From positions 13,130 through 77,129 of the forward strand of contig JBCCYT010000001.1 in the NCBI GenBank assembly GCA_039188975.1: a stretch of DNA of 64,000 bases, written 5' to 3'. Shown here in pieces: positions 26,211 to 35,194 of this stretch. This DNA is from Actinomycetota bacterium (GTDB lineage: Bacteria; Actinomycetota; Acidimicrobiia; Acidimicrobiales; Aldehydirespiratoraceae). The translations under genes were made by a program, and so were the position numbers. The stretch's first letter is position 1. Each line of letters begins with the position of its first letter. A model generated the notes under the pieces. That model searched no databases. It saw nothing but the letters and a program-made list of their open reading frames with translations, and had not been told where the DNA came from.

Positions 26211-27718
26211 TGCAGATCCGGCCCACCTTCGAAGAGTTCGCTGCGCTCGCCGCTGACCATTCCGTCGTGCCGGTGTGGGCCGAGGTCTTGGCTGACCTGA
26301 CGACGCCGGTCGCGGCGTTCGCTCGGGTCGTCGGTGACGAAGAGGGCTTCCTGCTCGAGTCGGTCGACAACGGCGACCGATGGAGTCGCTGGTCGTTCAT
26401 CGGGCGGCGTCCCCAGGGCACACTCGTGTCGAAGGACGGCGCCCTGCGGGTGATCGGTGAGCTCGGCATCGACATCGATCCATCGGAGGGGATGCTCAAC
26501 GCCCTGGAACGGCTCCTCGATCACTACCGATCACCCGAACTCGAGGAGTTGCCGCCGCTGCACGGCGGCCTGATCGGCTACCTCGGGTACGACGTCGTGC
26601 GTGAGGTCGAGCGGCTGCCGAACGTGCCAACCGACGACCTCGGTCATCCCGACGCCGTGATTTCGATGATCGGCGAGCTCGCGGTCTATGACCATTGGCG
26701 CCAACGAGTCACGCTGCTCGCCAACGTGATCATCGGCGCCGAGACCGACCTTCGCGCCGCCTACGACGATGCGGTCGCCCGCGTCGAACAGTTGGCCGCC
26801 GACGGCGCACGTGCGCTCGACGAACCACTGATGGCGCTTCCCGACCCGACCGATCCGCTTCCCGAGGTCGTGTCGACCATGGGTGAGACCGACTTCTGCG
26901 GCGCCGTCGAAGCAGCCCGTGAGTACATCTTTGCGGGCGACATCTTCCAGGTCGTGCTCTCACAGCGGTTCGATCTCGATCTCGATGCCGACGCGTTCGA
27001 TCTGTACCGCGTGCTTCGCCAGGTCAACCCGAGCCCGTACATGTACTTCTTGCGACACGCCGACCTCGAAGTGGTCGGCGGCTCGCCCGAGCCGATGGTG
27101 CAGCTGCTCGATGGGCGGGTGATCTCTCGTCCGATCGCTGGCACTCGCAAGCGCGGCACGAACGAAGAACACGACCGCCGCCTCGCCGCGGAGCTGATCG
27201 AGCACCCAAAGGAGATCGCCGAGCATGTGATGCTCGTCGACCTCGCCCGCAACGATGTCGGCCGAGTTGTCGAGTTCGGCTCGCTGCAGATCGACGAGAT
27301 GATGACCCTCGAGAAGTACAGCCACGTGATGCACCTCACGTCGCAGGTGTCTGGCGGGTTGGCCGAGGGGCGGACATCCATCGATGTCTTGCGAGCGACA
27401 CTGCCTGCGGGCACGCTGTCGGGCGCGCCGAAGGTACGGGCCATGGAGATCATCGATGAGCTCGAACCGGTCAAGCGCGGCCCCTACGGCGGCGTGGTTG
27501 GCTATCTCGACTTCTCCGGCAACATCGACACGGCGATCACGATCCGCACGATGCTGGTGAGCAATGGAAAGGCGTCGATTCAAGCCGGCGCTGGCGTGGT
27601 GGCTGACTCGGTGGCCGCCGACGAACACCTCGAATGTCAAAACAAGGCGAAGGCGCTGCTCGCCGCGGTTCCTGCCGCACGGCGGATGACCGCAGCACGA
27701 CGAGAGGCACAACGATGA
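26210..27718 (+). CDS. trpE: anthranilate synthase component I
   Basis: ORF 26123-27718. ATG 26210 (MQIRPTFEEF) shares one base with the hisI TGA. Motifs LPAGTLSGAPKVRAMEIIDELE and YGGVVGY. Confidence 0.93.
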   Translation: MQIRPTFEEFAALAADHSVVPVWAEVLADLTTPVAAFARVVGDEEGFLLESVDNGDRWSRWSFIGRRPQGTLVSKDGALRVIGELGIDIDPSEGMLNALERLLDHYRSPELEELPPLHGGLIGYLGYDVVREVERLPNVPTDDLGHPDAVISMIGELAVYDHWRQRVTLLANVIIGAETDLRAAYDDAVARVEQLAADGARALDEPLMALPDPTDPLPEVVSTMGETDFCGAVEAAREYIFAGDIFQVVLSQRFDLDLDADAFDLYRVLRQVNPSPYMYFLRHADLEVVGGSPEPMVQLLDGRVISRPIAGTRKRGTNEEHDRRLAAELIEHPKEIAEHVMLVDLARNDVGRVVEFGSLQIDEMMTLEKYSHVMHLTSQVSGGLAEGRTSIDVLRATLPAGTLSGAPKVRAMEIIDELEPVKRGPYGGVVGYLDFSGNIDTAITIRTMLVSNGKASIQAGAGVVADSVAADEHLECQNKAKALLAAVPAARRMTAARREAQR

Positions 27719-28470
27719 GCACACGTGAGACCGTTCGAGTGAGCGGACCCGACGCCGAGGCCTACCTCCAAGGGCAGATCAGCCAAGACGTCGTGGCGCT
27801 CGCCGTTGGGGAGACCGCATGGGCGTTGATTCTTCAGCCGACCGGCAAGGTCGATGCCTGGTTTCGCATCCATCGGGTTGCTGACGCCGAGTTCTTGCTC
27901 GATGTCGACGCTGGCCATCGAGACGCCATGGTGGCTCGCTTCGAGCGGTTCAAGCTCCGCACCGACGCCACGTTCGACGCAACCGACGACACCATCCCGA
28001 CCCCGATCGAGTGGCCGGGCCTCGACGACCCGTCGAACGAGCGGCAGCGGATTCTCGCGGGGTTGCCGCGGATGGGGGCCGAACTCACCGAGAACACGAT
28101 CCCGGGTGAGGGCGGTCAGCGGTTGATCGACCTGTCGGTGAGTTTCACCAAAGGCTGCTACACGGGCCAGGAGCTCGTCGCCCGAATCGACAGTCGGGGC
28201 GGCAACGTGCCCCGCCCGATCCGGGTCCTCCAAGCGGTTGGCGACACTGCGGTTGGCGACACTGCGGTCGGCGATACTGCGGTCGGCGATACTGCGGTCG
28301 GCGATATTGCGGTCGGCGACGAGGTTCGATTTGGTGAGCAGGTCGTCGGCGTCGTCACATCGGCCGCGGGCGACGTGGCGCTCGCGCCGGTGATGCGCAA
28401 GGTCGAGCTCGGGGATCGGGTCGAGGTCGGCTCTGTCGTCGCAACCGTCATCGAGCCGGCGGGAAGCTGA
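27715..28470 (+). CDS. ygfZ: folate-binding YgfZ/GcvT-like protein
   Basis: ORF 27634-28470. ATG 27715 overlaps the trpE stop (ATGA). Family signature SFTKGCYTGQELVARIDSRG. It contains an in-frame (AVGDT)n repeat. Confidence 0.75.
   Translation: MSTRETVRVSGPDAEAYLQGQISQDVVALAVGETAWALILQPTGKVDAWFRIHRVADAEFLLDVDAGHRDAMVARFERFKLRTDATFDATDDTIPTPIEWPGLDDPSNERQRILAGLPRMGAELTENTIPGEGGQRLIDLSVSFTKGCYTGQELVARIDSRGGNVPRPIRVLQAVGDTAVGDTAVGDTAVGDTAVGDIAVGDEVRFGEQVVGVVTSAAGDVALAPVMRKVELGDRVEVGSVVATVIEPAGS
28234..28323 (+). repeat. six tandem 15-bp units inside the ygfZ-like CDS, encoding AVGDT x4, AVGDI and AVGDE
   Basis: Read directly: gcggttggcgacact x2, gcggtcggcgatact x2, gcggtcggcgatatt, gcggtcggcgacgag. 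Confidence 0.95.
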
Positions 28471-29815
28471 CGACGAGCTCGGCGCCGCCGAGCGCGGCGC
28501 GCCGGGCGGTCGCGCTGCCGCCCATCCGCTCAGCCAGATCTCGCACGATCGCCAAGCCGAGCCCGCTCCCGGACTCCTTCACCGCAGGACTGTGCTGGGC
28601 GACATAGAGCCGCTCGAACACGTGGGGAAGGTCCTCGTCGGCAATGCCGGGGCCGTCGTCACCGACGGCGAGATGATGGCGACCTTCGGCGGTCCAGAGG
28701 GTGACGACGACGTCGCGAGACGCGAAGCGCAGCGCGTTCCCGACCAGATTCCCGACGATCTGGGCGTAGCGATCGGGATCGACGTCAGCCCACGTCGGTG
28801 TATCGGACACCCGGGCCGTCAGTGTGACGTTGCGTTCCGCCGCATCGCGCTGGAGGCCGGTAGCGGCCGCCTCCACCACACCGTTCAGGTCGACGACTCG
28901 TCGGTCGAGTTGGAAGTCGGTGCTCTCGAGGCGCGCGAGCAACAGCAGATCCCCAACCAGCCGTTCGAGTCGGCTGGCTTCGCCCCCGATCACCGCGCCA
29001 GCCCGCGCCGGCTCGTCGATGGCACCATCGGCGAGTGCCTCGGCGTAGCCCTTGATCGATGTGAGTGGGGTGCGGAGGTCGTGGCTCACCGACATCAAGA
29101 ACTGTCGTTCGAGCGCGCTCGATCGCTCGAGATGTTCAGCCATCGTGTTGACCGACTCCACCAAATCGGCGACCTCGTCGGCTCCACCGAAGCCGTGGGT
29201 GTCGATGCGGGCGTCGAGGTCGCCCTCCGCGATTCTGGAGGTGACATTTCGTGCTGCTCGCAGCGGCTCGGTGAGACTCCGGCTCAGCCGAAGGGCAACG
29301 AGTGCGGCGACGATGACGGTGGCCCCGCCTGCGATCACGAACCACCGGAACGCCGGGAGGAGGATCGGGTCGGTCTCCTGGGTGAGCACCAGGATCTGAG
29401 TGAGCCCGGATCGACCGGTGGCGGCGCGGGCGGCCCAGATCAGGTCGCCGTCGCGGTTCGATGCTGTCTCACCGGCCTCGAGGGTGCGAAGGTCGAGCTG
29501 CTCGAACGTGACGCCATCGGGAAGATCGCCGATCGGATCTTCGCCGTTGCGAGGAACGACGAGAAGCCCGATGCCCTCGACACTGATGCTCTCGGCGAGG
29601 GACTGGAGCCGCTCGCGCGGGCTGGTGTCATCATCACCGGTCGGTACGATCGCGACCTCGAGAAACAGGTCGCTCAGCGTTTCGACCTGGGCCCGAAGGT
29701 CGTTCTCGGTATCGGCGCGGTCGTTGATGGCGGCGAGCGCGATCGTGCCCGCGCCGGTCAGCACGAGCGCGGCGACGACCATCCCGACGATGGCGAGGGT
29801 GAGGCGGCGGCGCAT
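28448..29815 (-). CDS. sensor histidine kinase (TM-periplasmic-TM-HAMP-HisKA-HATPase)
   Basis: ORF 28448-29815. H-box MSVSHDLRTPLTSIKGYAEAL and G2 box GSGLGLAIVRDLAERMGG. Its 3' end overlaps the ygfZ-like 3' end by 23 nt (convergent). Confidence 0.9.
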   Translation of the reverse strand: MRRRLTLAIVGMVVAALVLTGAGTIALAAINDRADTENDLRAQVETLSDLFLEVAIVPTGDDDTSPRERLQSLAESISVEGIGLLVVPRNGEDPIGDLPDGVTFEQLDLRTLEAGETASNRDGDLIWAARAATGRSGLTQILVLTQETDPILLPAFRWFVIAGGATVIVAALVALRLSRSLTEPLRAARNVTSRIAEGDLDARIDTHGFGGADEVADLVESVNTMAEHLERSSALERQFLMSVSHDLRTPLTSIKGYAEALADGAIDEPARAGAVIGGEASRLERLVGDLLLLARLESTDFQLDRRVVDLNGVVEAAATGLQRDAAERNVTLTARVSDTPTWADVDPDRYAQIVGNLVGNALRFASRDVVVTLWTAEGRHHLAVGDDGPGIADEDLPHVFERLYVAQHSPAVKESGSGLGLAIVRDLAERMGGSATARRAALGGAELVVSFPPAR

Positions 29816-29833
29816 GGTTCGGTGACGCTCCGA

Positions 29834-30529
29834 TCAATCGAGCCGGTAGCCGACGCCCCACACCGTTTCGAGTTGCAGCGCATCGCCAAGCTTCTTGCGA
29901 AGCTGACGCACGTGCACGTCCACGGTCCGGTCGTCGCCAATCCATCCGTCGCCCCACACGCCATCGAGCAACTGGCGACGCGACAGCGCGAGGCCCCGAT
30001 GTTCGGCAAGGTACTGGAGCAGGTCGAATTCACGGGTGGCGAGGGCAACCGGCTCACCCGCAAGGGTTGCCTCTCGGCGAGATGGGTCGACCACCAGATC
30101 CCAGCCGAGATCGATCGGGGCGGGGCGTTGGCCGGTCGAGCCGGAGCCCTGAGATCGACGAAGAATCGCCTTGACCCGTGCGACGAGCTCTCGCGGCGAG
30201 AACGGCTTCGTCACATAATCGTCGGCGCCGAGCTCGAGACCGAGCACCCGGTCGACCTCGTCGTCTCGTGCCGTCAAGAAGATGATCGGCACGTCGCTGT
30301 TGGCTCGAACCGCGCGGCAGACATCGAGCCCGTCGAGATCTCCGGGCAGGCCGACGTCGAGCAGGATCAACGCCGGGCGGCGCTCCGCGATCACGGCAAG
30401 CGCCCGCTCGCCGGTCGACGCCTGGAACGGCCGGTAGCCGTCGCGGCGCAGATACAGCTCGACCAGGTCGGCAATGTTGGGGTCGTCCTCGACGATCACG
30501 ATGACCGGTTCGTCACTCATGGGATCCAT
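29834..30529 (-). CDS. OmpR-family response regulator
   Basis: ORF 29834-30529. Receiver domain VIVIVEDDPNIADLV...ALILLDVGLPG. Winged-helix C-terminus ending VWGVGYRLD. Confidence 0.9.
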   Translation of the reverse strand: MDPMSDEPVIVIVEDDPNIADLVELYLRRDGYRPFQASTGERALAVIAERRPALILLDVGLPGDLDGLDVCRAVRANSDVPIIFLTARDDEVDRVLGLELGADDYVTKPFSPRELVARVKAILRRSQGSGSTGQRPAPIDLGWDLVVDPSRREATLAGEPVALATREFDLLQYLAEHRGLALSRRQLLDGVWGDGWIGDDRTVDVHVRQLRKKLGDALQLETVWGVGYRLD

Positions 30530-30557
30530 CGTCGCTCACAAATGTGATGATCCTGTG

Positions 30558-31157
30558 ATGGGGGACGAAAGAACCGGTGAGCACGCGCCTACGCTGCTCG
30601 CCGTGGGCCACTACGAGGTGCTCGGCGTCACCCCTGATGCGTCGATGAGCGACATCAAGAAGGCGTACCTCGCGGCTGCGCGCGACGCCCATCCCGATTT
30701 CCACACACAATCCGAAGCGGCCCGGCAGCGGGCCGAGGTGCGGATGCGAGAGATCAATGCGGCGTGGGCGGTGCTCGGCGATGTCGACGAGCGATCGTTC
30801 TATGACCGGCAACGGCTCACCGCCGAACGAGGCGGGACGGCGAGCCCTCGATTCCACGCCACCTCGACCGGTCAGCCGTTTCGCCCGTTTCACCCTGACG
30901 ACGAGCTCGACGAGGACCATCCGTTCGACGAACGTGATGACCGCCCGATCACCAACAGTCGATTGCCGGTGTGGGTGACAATGCTTCCTGCATCACTCAT
31001 CGTCGGGGGCTTCTTGTCGTTGCTGTTCGGCGCCTTCGTCGGCATCTTGCCCCTCGTGAACCTCGGTCTGGTCTCGATGGTCCTCGGCGGCGTTGCCTTC
31101 CTGACGGTGCCGATCATCGCGGTCGGGATGGCCGCTCGTGCCGACCGGCGCGCGTGA
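30558..31157 (+). CDS. J-domain (DnaJ-like) membrane protein
   Basis: ORF 30474-31157. Start at ATG 30558. J domain HYEVLGVTPDASMSDIKKAYLAAARDAHPD with the HPD motif. Two C-terminal hydrophobic helices. Confidence 0.75.
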   Translation: MGDERTGEHAPTLLAVGHYEVLGVTPDASMSDIKKAYLAAARDAHPDFHTQSEAARQRAEVRMREINAAWAVLGDVDERSFYDRQRLTAERGGTASPRFHATSTGQPFRPFHPDDELDEDHPFDERDDRPITNSRLPVWVTMLPASLIVGGFLSLLFGAFVGILPLVNLGLVSMVLGGVAFLTVPIIAVGMAARADRRA

Positions 31158-31162
31158 CTACG

Positions 31163-31480
31163 ATGCCCGCCATGTCAAAAACCGCGCTCCTCGCCAAGCT
31201 TCCGATCAAACCCGACGCCAAGGACACGTTCATGGACGCGTTCGGCGCCATGCTCGAGGCGGTCGAGGCCGAAGCCGGCACCGAGCTCTATATTCTCAAC
31301 TGGGGCAAGAAGGACGACGAGAACACCGCCTTCATCTATGAGCTGTACAGCGACAAGGAGGCCCTGGCTGTGCACAGCGGATCCGACGCGATGCAGGCGC
31401 TGATGGCAGCCCTCGGCGACGTGATGGCCGGTGCTCCCGAGCTCATCCCGCTGACCCCCGCTGTTGGCAAGGGTCTCTGA
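31163..31480 (+). CDS. ABM (antibiotic-biosynthesis-monooxygenase-like) ferredoxin-fold protein
   Basis: 3' part of ORF 30971-31480, from ATG 31163 (or 31172). About 100 aa with the pattern EAGTELYILNW...FIYELYSDKEALAVHSGS typical of ABM domains. Confidence 0.65.
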   Translation: MPAMSKTALLAKLPIKPDAKDTFMDAFGAMLEAVEAEAGTELYILNWGKKDDENTAFIYELYSDKEALAVHSGSDAMQALMAALGDVMAGAPELIPLTPAVGKGL

Positions 31481-32267
31481 GCTGACCGCGACCTACCTCG
31501 ACCGCATCCTCGACGCGCACCGGGCAGCCGCAGCAGCGGATACTCGGTCGCTCGACGCGCTCGTCGAACAGGCAGCAGCGTTGCCGGCCGGTCGGGGCTT
31601 TCGCCAGGCGCTCGCCGATACCACCGACGGTGTGGCCATCATCAGCGAGGTGAAACGCCGCTCGCCCTCGAAAGGCGATCTGTTCGCCGACCTCGACCCT
31701 GCCGAGCTTGCCCGCACATACGCCGACGGCGGGGCATCATGCCTCTCCATCTTGACCGACGTCGAGTGGTTTGGCGGTTCGATCGCGGATCTTCAGGCGG
31801 CCCGCGCAGCGGTCGACCTCCCGGTGATCCGCAAAGACTTCACGGTCGATGCACGCGACGTCGTCGACGCTCGCCTGATGGGGGCCGATTGCGTCCTGCT
31901 GATCGCCGCGGCACTCGACGACGCCGAACTTCATGACTTTCACACCCTCGCCCGAGAACTCGGCCTCGACGCGTTGATCGAGATCCATGACGAGCCCGAG
32001 CTCGAACGGGCTCTGGCCGTCGGTGGTGACCTGATCGGCGTGAACCAGCGAGATCTTGTCACCTTCCAGGTCGACCAAGAGCGGGCGGTGCGCATGGCGC
32101 CACAGATGCCGGCCGGCGTGGTGCGGGTCGCCGAATCCGGCGTGCGGGATCGCACCGACGGTGCTGCGCTCGAAGCCGCCGGCTACCACGCCTTGCTGGT
32201 GGGCGAGACGCTGGTGCGAAGTGGCGACCCCGCACGGGCGATCCGGCGCCTTCGAGGATTGGACTGA
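31464..32267 (+). CDS. trpC: indole-3-glycerol phosphate synthase
   Basis: ORF 31464-32267 (TTG start, overlapping the ABM gene by 17 nt). Motif IISEVKRRSPSKGDL. Confidence 0.9.
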   Translation: MARVSELTATYLDRILDAHRAAAAADTRSLDALVEQAAALPAGRGFRQALADTTDGVAIISEVKRRSPSKGDLFADLDPAELARTYADGGASCLSILTDVEWFGGSIADLQAARAAVDLPVIRKDFTVDARDVVDARLMGADCVLLIAAALDDAELHDFHTLARELGLDALIEIHDEPELERALAVGGDLIGVNQRDLVTFQVDQERAVRMAPQMPAGVVRVAESGVRDRTDGAALEAAGYHALLVGETLVRSGDPARAIRRLRGLD

Positions 32268-32330
32268 GTCAGAAGTCCGCGCCGGCAAATCTGGTCATGG
32301 CCTGTGGACAGCGGGCTAGATTCGCGTCCG

Positions 32331-33020
32331 ATGTTCGTCAAGATCTGCGGCCTCACGAGCGAAGAGGACGCCCTCCTCGCAGTGGGGATGGGCGCCGACG
32401 CCCTGGGCTTCAATTTCGTGCCCGGCTCGACGCGTCAGATCGCGCCACAGCGGGCCCGTGACATCGTTCGCCGGCTGCCGCCCGAAACGATGACGGTCGG
32501 GATCTTCCGAGACGAACTCCCGGACCGCGTGGTCGACATCACCCACAAGGCGGGGCTGCGGGCGGCGCAACTGCACGGTCGCGAAACCGCCGAGCACACC
32601 CGTGCCGTGCGGGCCCAGGTGCCGATCGTGGTCAAGGCGTTCTCCGCCGGGGACCCGGCCCTGGGATCGGTTGGGGCGTTCGGCGCTGACCTGGTGCTGA
32701 TCGACGGAGCTGAGCCCGGCAGCGGCGAGGTCTTCGACTGGAGCCTCGCCGAGGGGGCACCGCTCGCCGGTCACCGCGTGTTGCTTGCGGGCGGGCTGCA
32801 CCCCGGCAATGTGGCCGATGCGATTCGGCGGGTGCGGCCGTGGGGCGTCGACGTGGCGTCCGGTGTCGAGCGAGCGCCCGGCAAGAAAGATCCGGTCAAG
32901 CTGCGAGAGTTCGTGGCCAATGCCCGAGCTGCCGCCGAAGAACTGCGAACGAACGATGATGACGAGACCGACACGGCGTCGGGATCGCTCTACAACTGGG
33001 AAGAGGACCTGCTGTCATGA
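32331..33020 (+). CDS. trpF: phosphoribosylanthranilate isomerase
   Basis: ORF 32304-33020. ATG 32331 ([14 protein letters not shown]). TIM-barrel PRAI pattern, plus a roughly 30-aa acidic C-terminal tail. Its stop overlaps the trpB ATG. Confidence 0.85.
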   Translation: MFVKICGLTSEEDALLAVGMGADALGFNFVPGSTRQIAPQRARDIVRRLPPETMTVGIFRDELPDRVVDITHKAGLRAAQLHGRETAEHTRAVRAQVPIVVKAFSAGDPALGSVGAFGADLVLIDGAEPGSGEVFDWSLAEGAPLAGHRVLLAGGLHPGNVADAIRRVRPWGVDVASGVERAPGKKDPVKLREFVANARAAAEELRTNDDDETDTASGSLYNWEEDLLS

Positions 33021-34177
33021 CTATGGCTGAGCCGACCGATTCGGGCCGCTTCGGCGAGTTCGGGGGCGTGTATGTCCCCGAAACGCTGGTGCCGGCCTGC
33101 CAGGAACTCGACCGGGCGTTTCGCGAGGCATGGGGCGACCCTGGATTCCGCAACGAACTCGACCATCTCCTCAAGACGTACGCCGGGCGGCCATCACCGC
33201 TGACGGTCTGCGACCGCCTCAGTGAGGAACTCGGCTGTCAGGTGCTGTTCAAGCGAGAGGACCTGAACCACACCGGTAGCCACAAGATCAACAATGTGCT
33301 CGGCCAGGCGCTGCTGGCGAAGCGCATGGGCAAGACTCGGATCGTGGCCGAGACCGGCGCCGGCCAGCATGGTGTTGCGAGCGCAACCGCGGCCGCGCTG
33401 TTCGGCATGGAGTGTGTTGTCTACATGGGCACGGTCGATATCGAGCGCCAGAAGCTCAACGTGTTCCGCATGCAATTGCTCGGCGCTGAAGTTCGCGCCG
33501 CAGAGACCGGCAGCCAGACCCTGAAAGACGCGGTCAACGAGGCGATGCGCTACTGGGTTTCGGCCGTCGAAGACACCCACTACTGCCTTGGCTCGGTCAT
33601 GGGTCCCCACCCGTACCCGTGGATGGTGCGCGAGTTCCATCGAGTCATCGGCGAAGAATCGCGCGAGCAGTGCGCAGAACTGCTCGACGGCGGTACCCCG
33701 GACTATGTCGTTGCCTGTGTCGGGGGCGGCTCGAACGCGGCTGGCATCTTCGCCGGGTTCGCTGACACCGACGCCCAGCTCATCGGGGCCGAACCGGCGG
33801 GTGGAGCCGCCGTCGGCCGTGCCGTGCCCGGCATCGTGCACGGGTCGAAGAGTTACCTCATGCAAGACGAGTGGGGTCAGGTCCTCGAAGCCGAGTCGAT
33901 CTCGGCCGGTCTCGATTACCCGGGCATCGGTCCCGAACACGCTCACCTGGCGGCCACCGGACGGGCCCGGTACGAGCCGGTGACCGACGAGGAAGTTGTC
34001 GAAGCGTTCCAGCTCTGCTCTCGCACCGAAGGCATCATCCCGGCCCTGGAGTCGGCCCATGCCCTCGCGTGGATCGCCAAGATGAAAGACGAAGTCGCCG
34101 GCAAGACCGTGCTCGTGAACATGAGCGGCCGCGGCGACAAGGACGTTGACCAGATGATGGGTGTGCTCGGCGCATGA
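33017..34177 (+). CDS. trpB: tryptophan synthase beta chain
   Basis: ORF 33017-34177. PLP lysine motif [11 protein letters not shown], and [12 protein letters not shown]. Confidence 0.95.
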   Translation: MTMAEPTDSGRFGEFGGVYVPETLVPACQELDRAFREAWGDPGFRNELDHLLKTYAGRPSPLTVCDRLSEELGCQVLFKREDLNHTGSHKINNVLGQALLAKRMGKTRIVAETGAGQHGVASATAAALFGMECVVYMGTVDIERQKLNVFRMQLLGAEVRAAETGSQTLKDAVNEAMRYWVSAVEDTHYCLGSVMGPHPYPWMVREFHRVIGEESREQCAELLDGGTPDYVVACVGGGSNAAGIFAGFADTDAQLIGAEPAGGAAVGRAVPGIVHGSKSYLMQDEWGQVLEAESISAGLDYPGIGPEHAHLAATGRARYEPVTDEEVVEAFQLCSRTEGIIPALESAHALAWIAKMKDEVAGKTVLVNMSGRGDKDVDQMMGVLGA

Positions 34178-34953
34178 CGGGAGCGATTGAGGCCGCATTG
34201 CGCTCCCGGCGCGATGGCGGCGGGAAGTGTCTCGTGCCGTATGTGACCGGCGGCCTGGGGGACGACTGGGTCGAGACGGTTCGAGCGGTGGCGGCAGCCG
34301 GTGCCGACGCGATCGAGATCGGCGTGCCGTTCTCCGACCCGGTGATGGACGGCCCAACCATTCAGGCCGCAAACGACCGAGCGCTCGAGGCTGGGGTCAC
34401 GCCGCAGTCGATCCTCGACGATCTGCGCGGGGCTGACATCGGTGTTCCGACCGCCGTCATGACCTACGGCAACATTGCGTTCCACATGGGTTTCGAACGG
34501 TTCGCCCAGTCGCTGGCGGCGGCCGAAATCTCCGGTTGCATCCTTCCCGACATTCCGCTCGAAGAGGTCGGCGAGTGGGCCGCGGCAGCCGATGCTGCCG
34601 GTGTCGAAACCATCATGTTGGCTGCTCCTACCGCTCCTGACGAGCGGCTCCCGCTGATTGTCGAGCGCAGCCGTGGCTTCGTGTACGGCGTGGGTCTGCT
34701 CGGCATCACCGGTGTGCGGGCGGCGCTCGCCTCGTCGGCGGTGGAGATCGCCGGCCGCCTCAAGGCAATCACCGACATGCCGGTGTTGGTCGGGGTCGGC
34801 GTCGGCACGCCGGAGCAGGCGGTCGAGGTTTCTCAGGTGGCTGACGGCGTGGTGGTCGGGTCAGCGGTGGTGCAACGCATGGTCGACGAAGCCGGCCCGG
34901 AAGGCGTCGGCGAGCTGGTCGCTGAGTTTCGAGCGGCGCTCGACGGGATGTGA
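34174..34953 (+). CDS. trpA: tryptophan synthase alpha chain
   Basis: ORF 34174-34953, with ATGA overlap onto trpB. Motif [20 protein letters not shown]. Confidence 0.95.
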   Translation: MTGAIEAALRSRRDGGGKCLVPYVTGGLGDDWVETVRAVAAAGADAIEIGVPFSDPVMDGPTIQAANDRALEAGVTPQSILDDLRGADIGVPTAVMTYGNIAFHMGFERFAQSLAAAEISGCILPDIPLEEVGEWAAAADAAGVETIMLAAPTAPDERLPLIVERSRGFVYGVGLLGITGVRAALASSAVEIAGRLKAITDMPVLVGVGVGTPEQAVEVSQVADGVVVGSAVVQRMVDEAGPEGVGELVAEFRAALDGM

Positions 34954-34959
34954 GCGTCG

Positions 34960-35151
34960 ATGCGGGAGCTGCTGCTCGATCTGCTGCTCCCTGAAACCGA
35001 TCGTGGTGCGATCCTGCAGATCATCGTGGCCGGAGTTGTGTGGGCCGTCGTCCTGGGGTGGAGTCTGCGGTGGCGGCGGGAGTATCGAGTCTTCGCGGCA
35101 GGCCTGGCCATGATCACGTTTGCGTGGTTTGGAGCGCGAGCGCTTCACTGA
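34960..35151 (+). CDS. possible small two-TM membrane protein (63 aa)
   Basis: ORF 34960-35151 begins 7 nt after the trpA stop and has two hydrophobic stretches. There is no clear RBS and no homology signal I can recognise. Confidence 0.35.
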   Translation: MRELLLDLLLPETDRGAILQIIVAGVVWAVVLGWSLRWRREYRVFAAGLAMITFAWFGARALH

Positions 35152-35194
35152 CGCCGGCGCGGAATGGCTGCGAAGGACAGGAGGTTTCCGTCTC

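Noticed and set aside
28592-30547. 651-aa plus-strand ORF, and many other very long ORFs: 46081-47826 +, 21479-23209 -, 35114-36457 -, 48639-49991 -, 37332-38747 -, 33194-34372 -, 58429-59841 +, 53690-54820 +, 56169-57335 -, 3945-5048 -
   Set aside because: Each lies antisense to, or out of frame with, a gene that has clear family motifs (histidine kinase/response regulator, alkB/oppF-like, hisF, oxidoreductases, trpB and so on). Their translations are Arg/Pro/Gly/His-rich with no motifs. This is typical of stop-codon-poor shadow frames in high-GC DNA.
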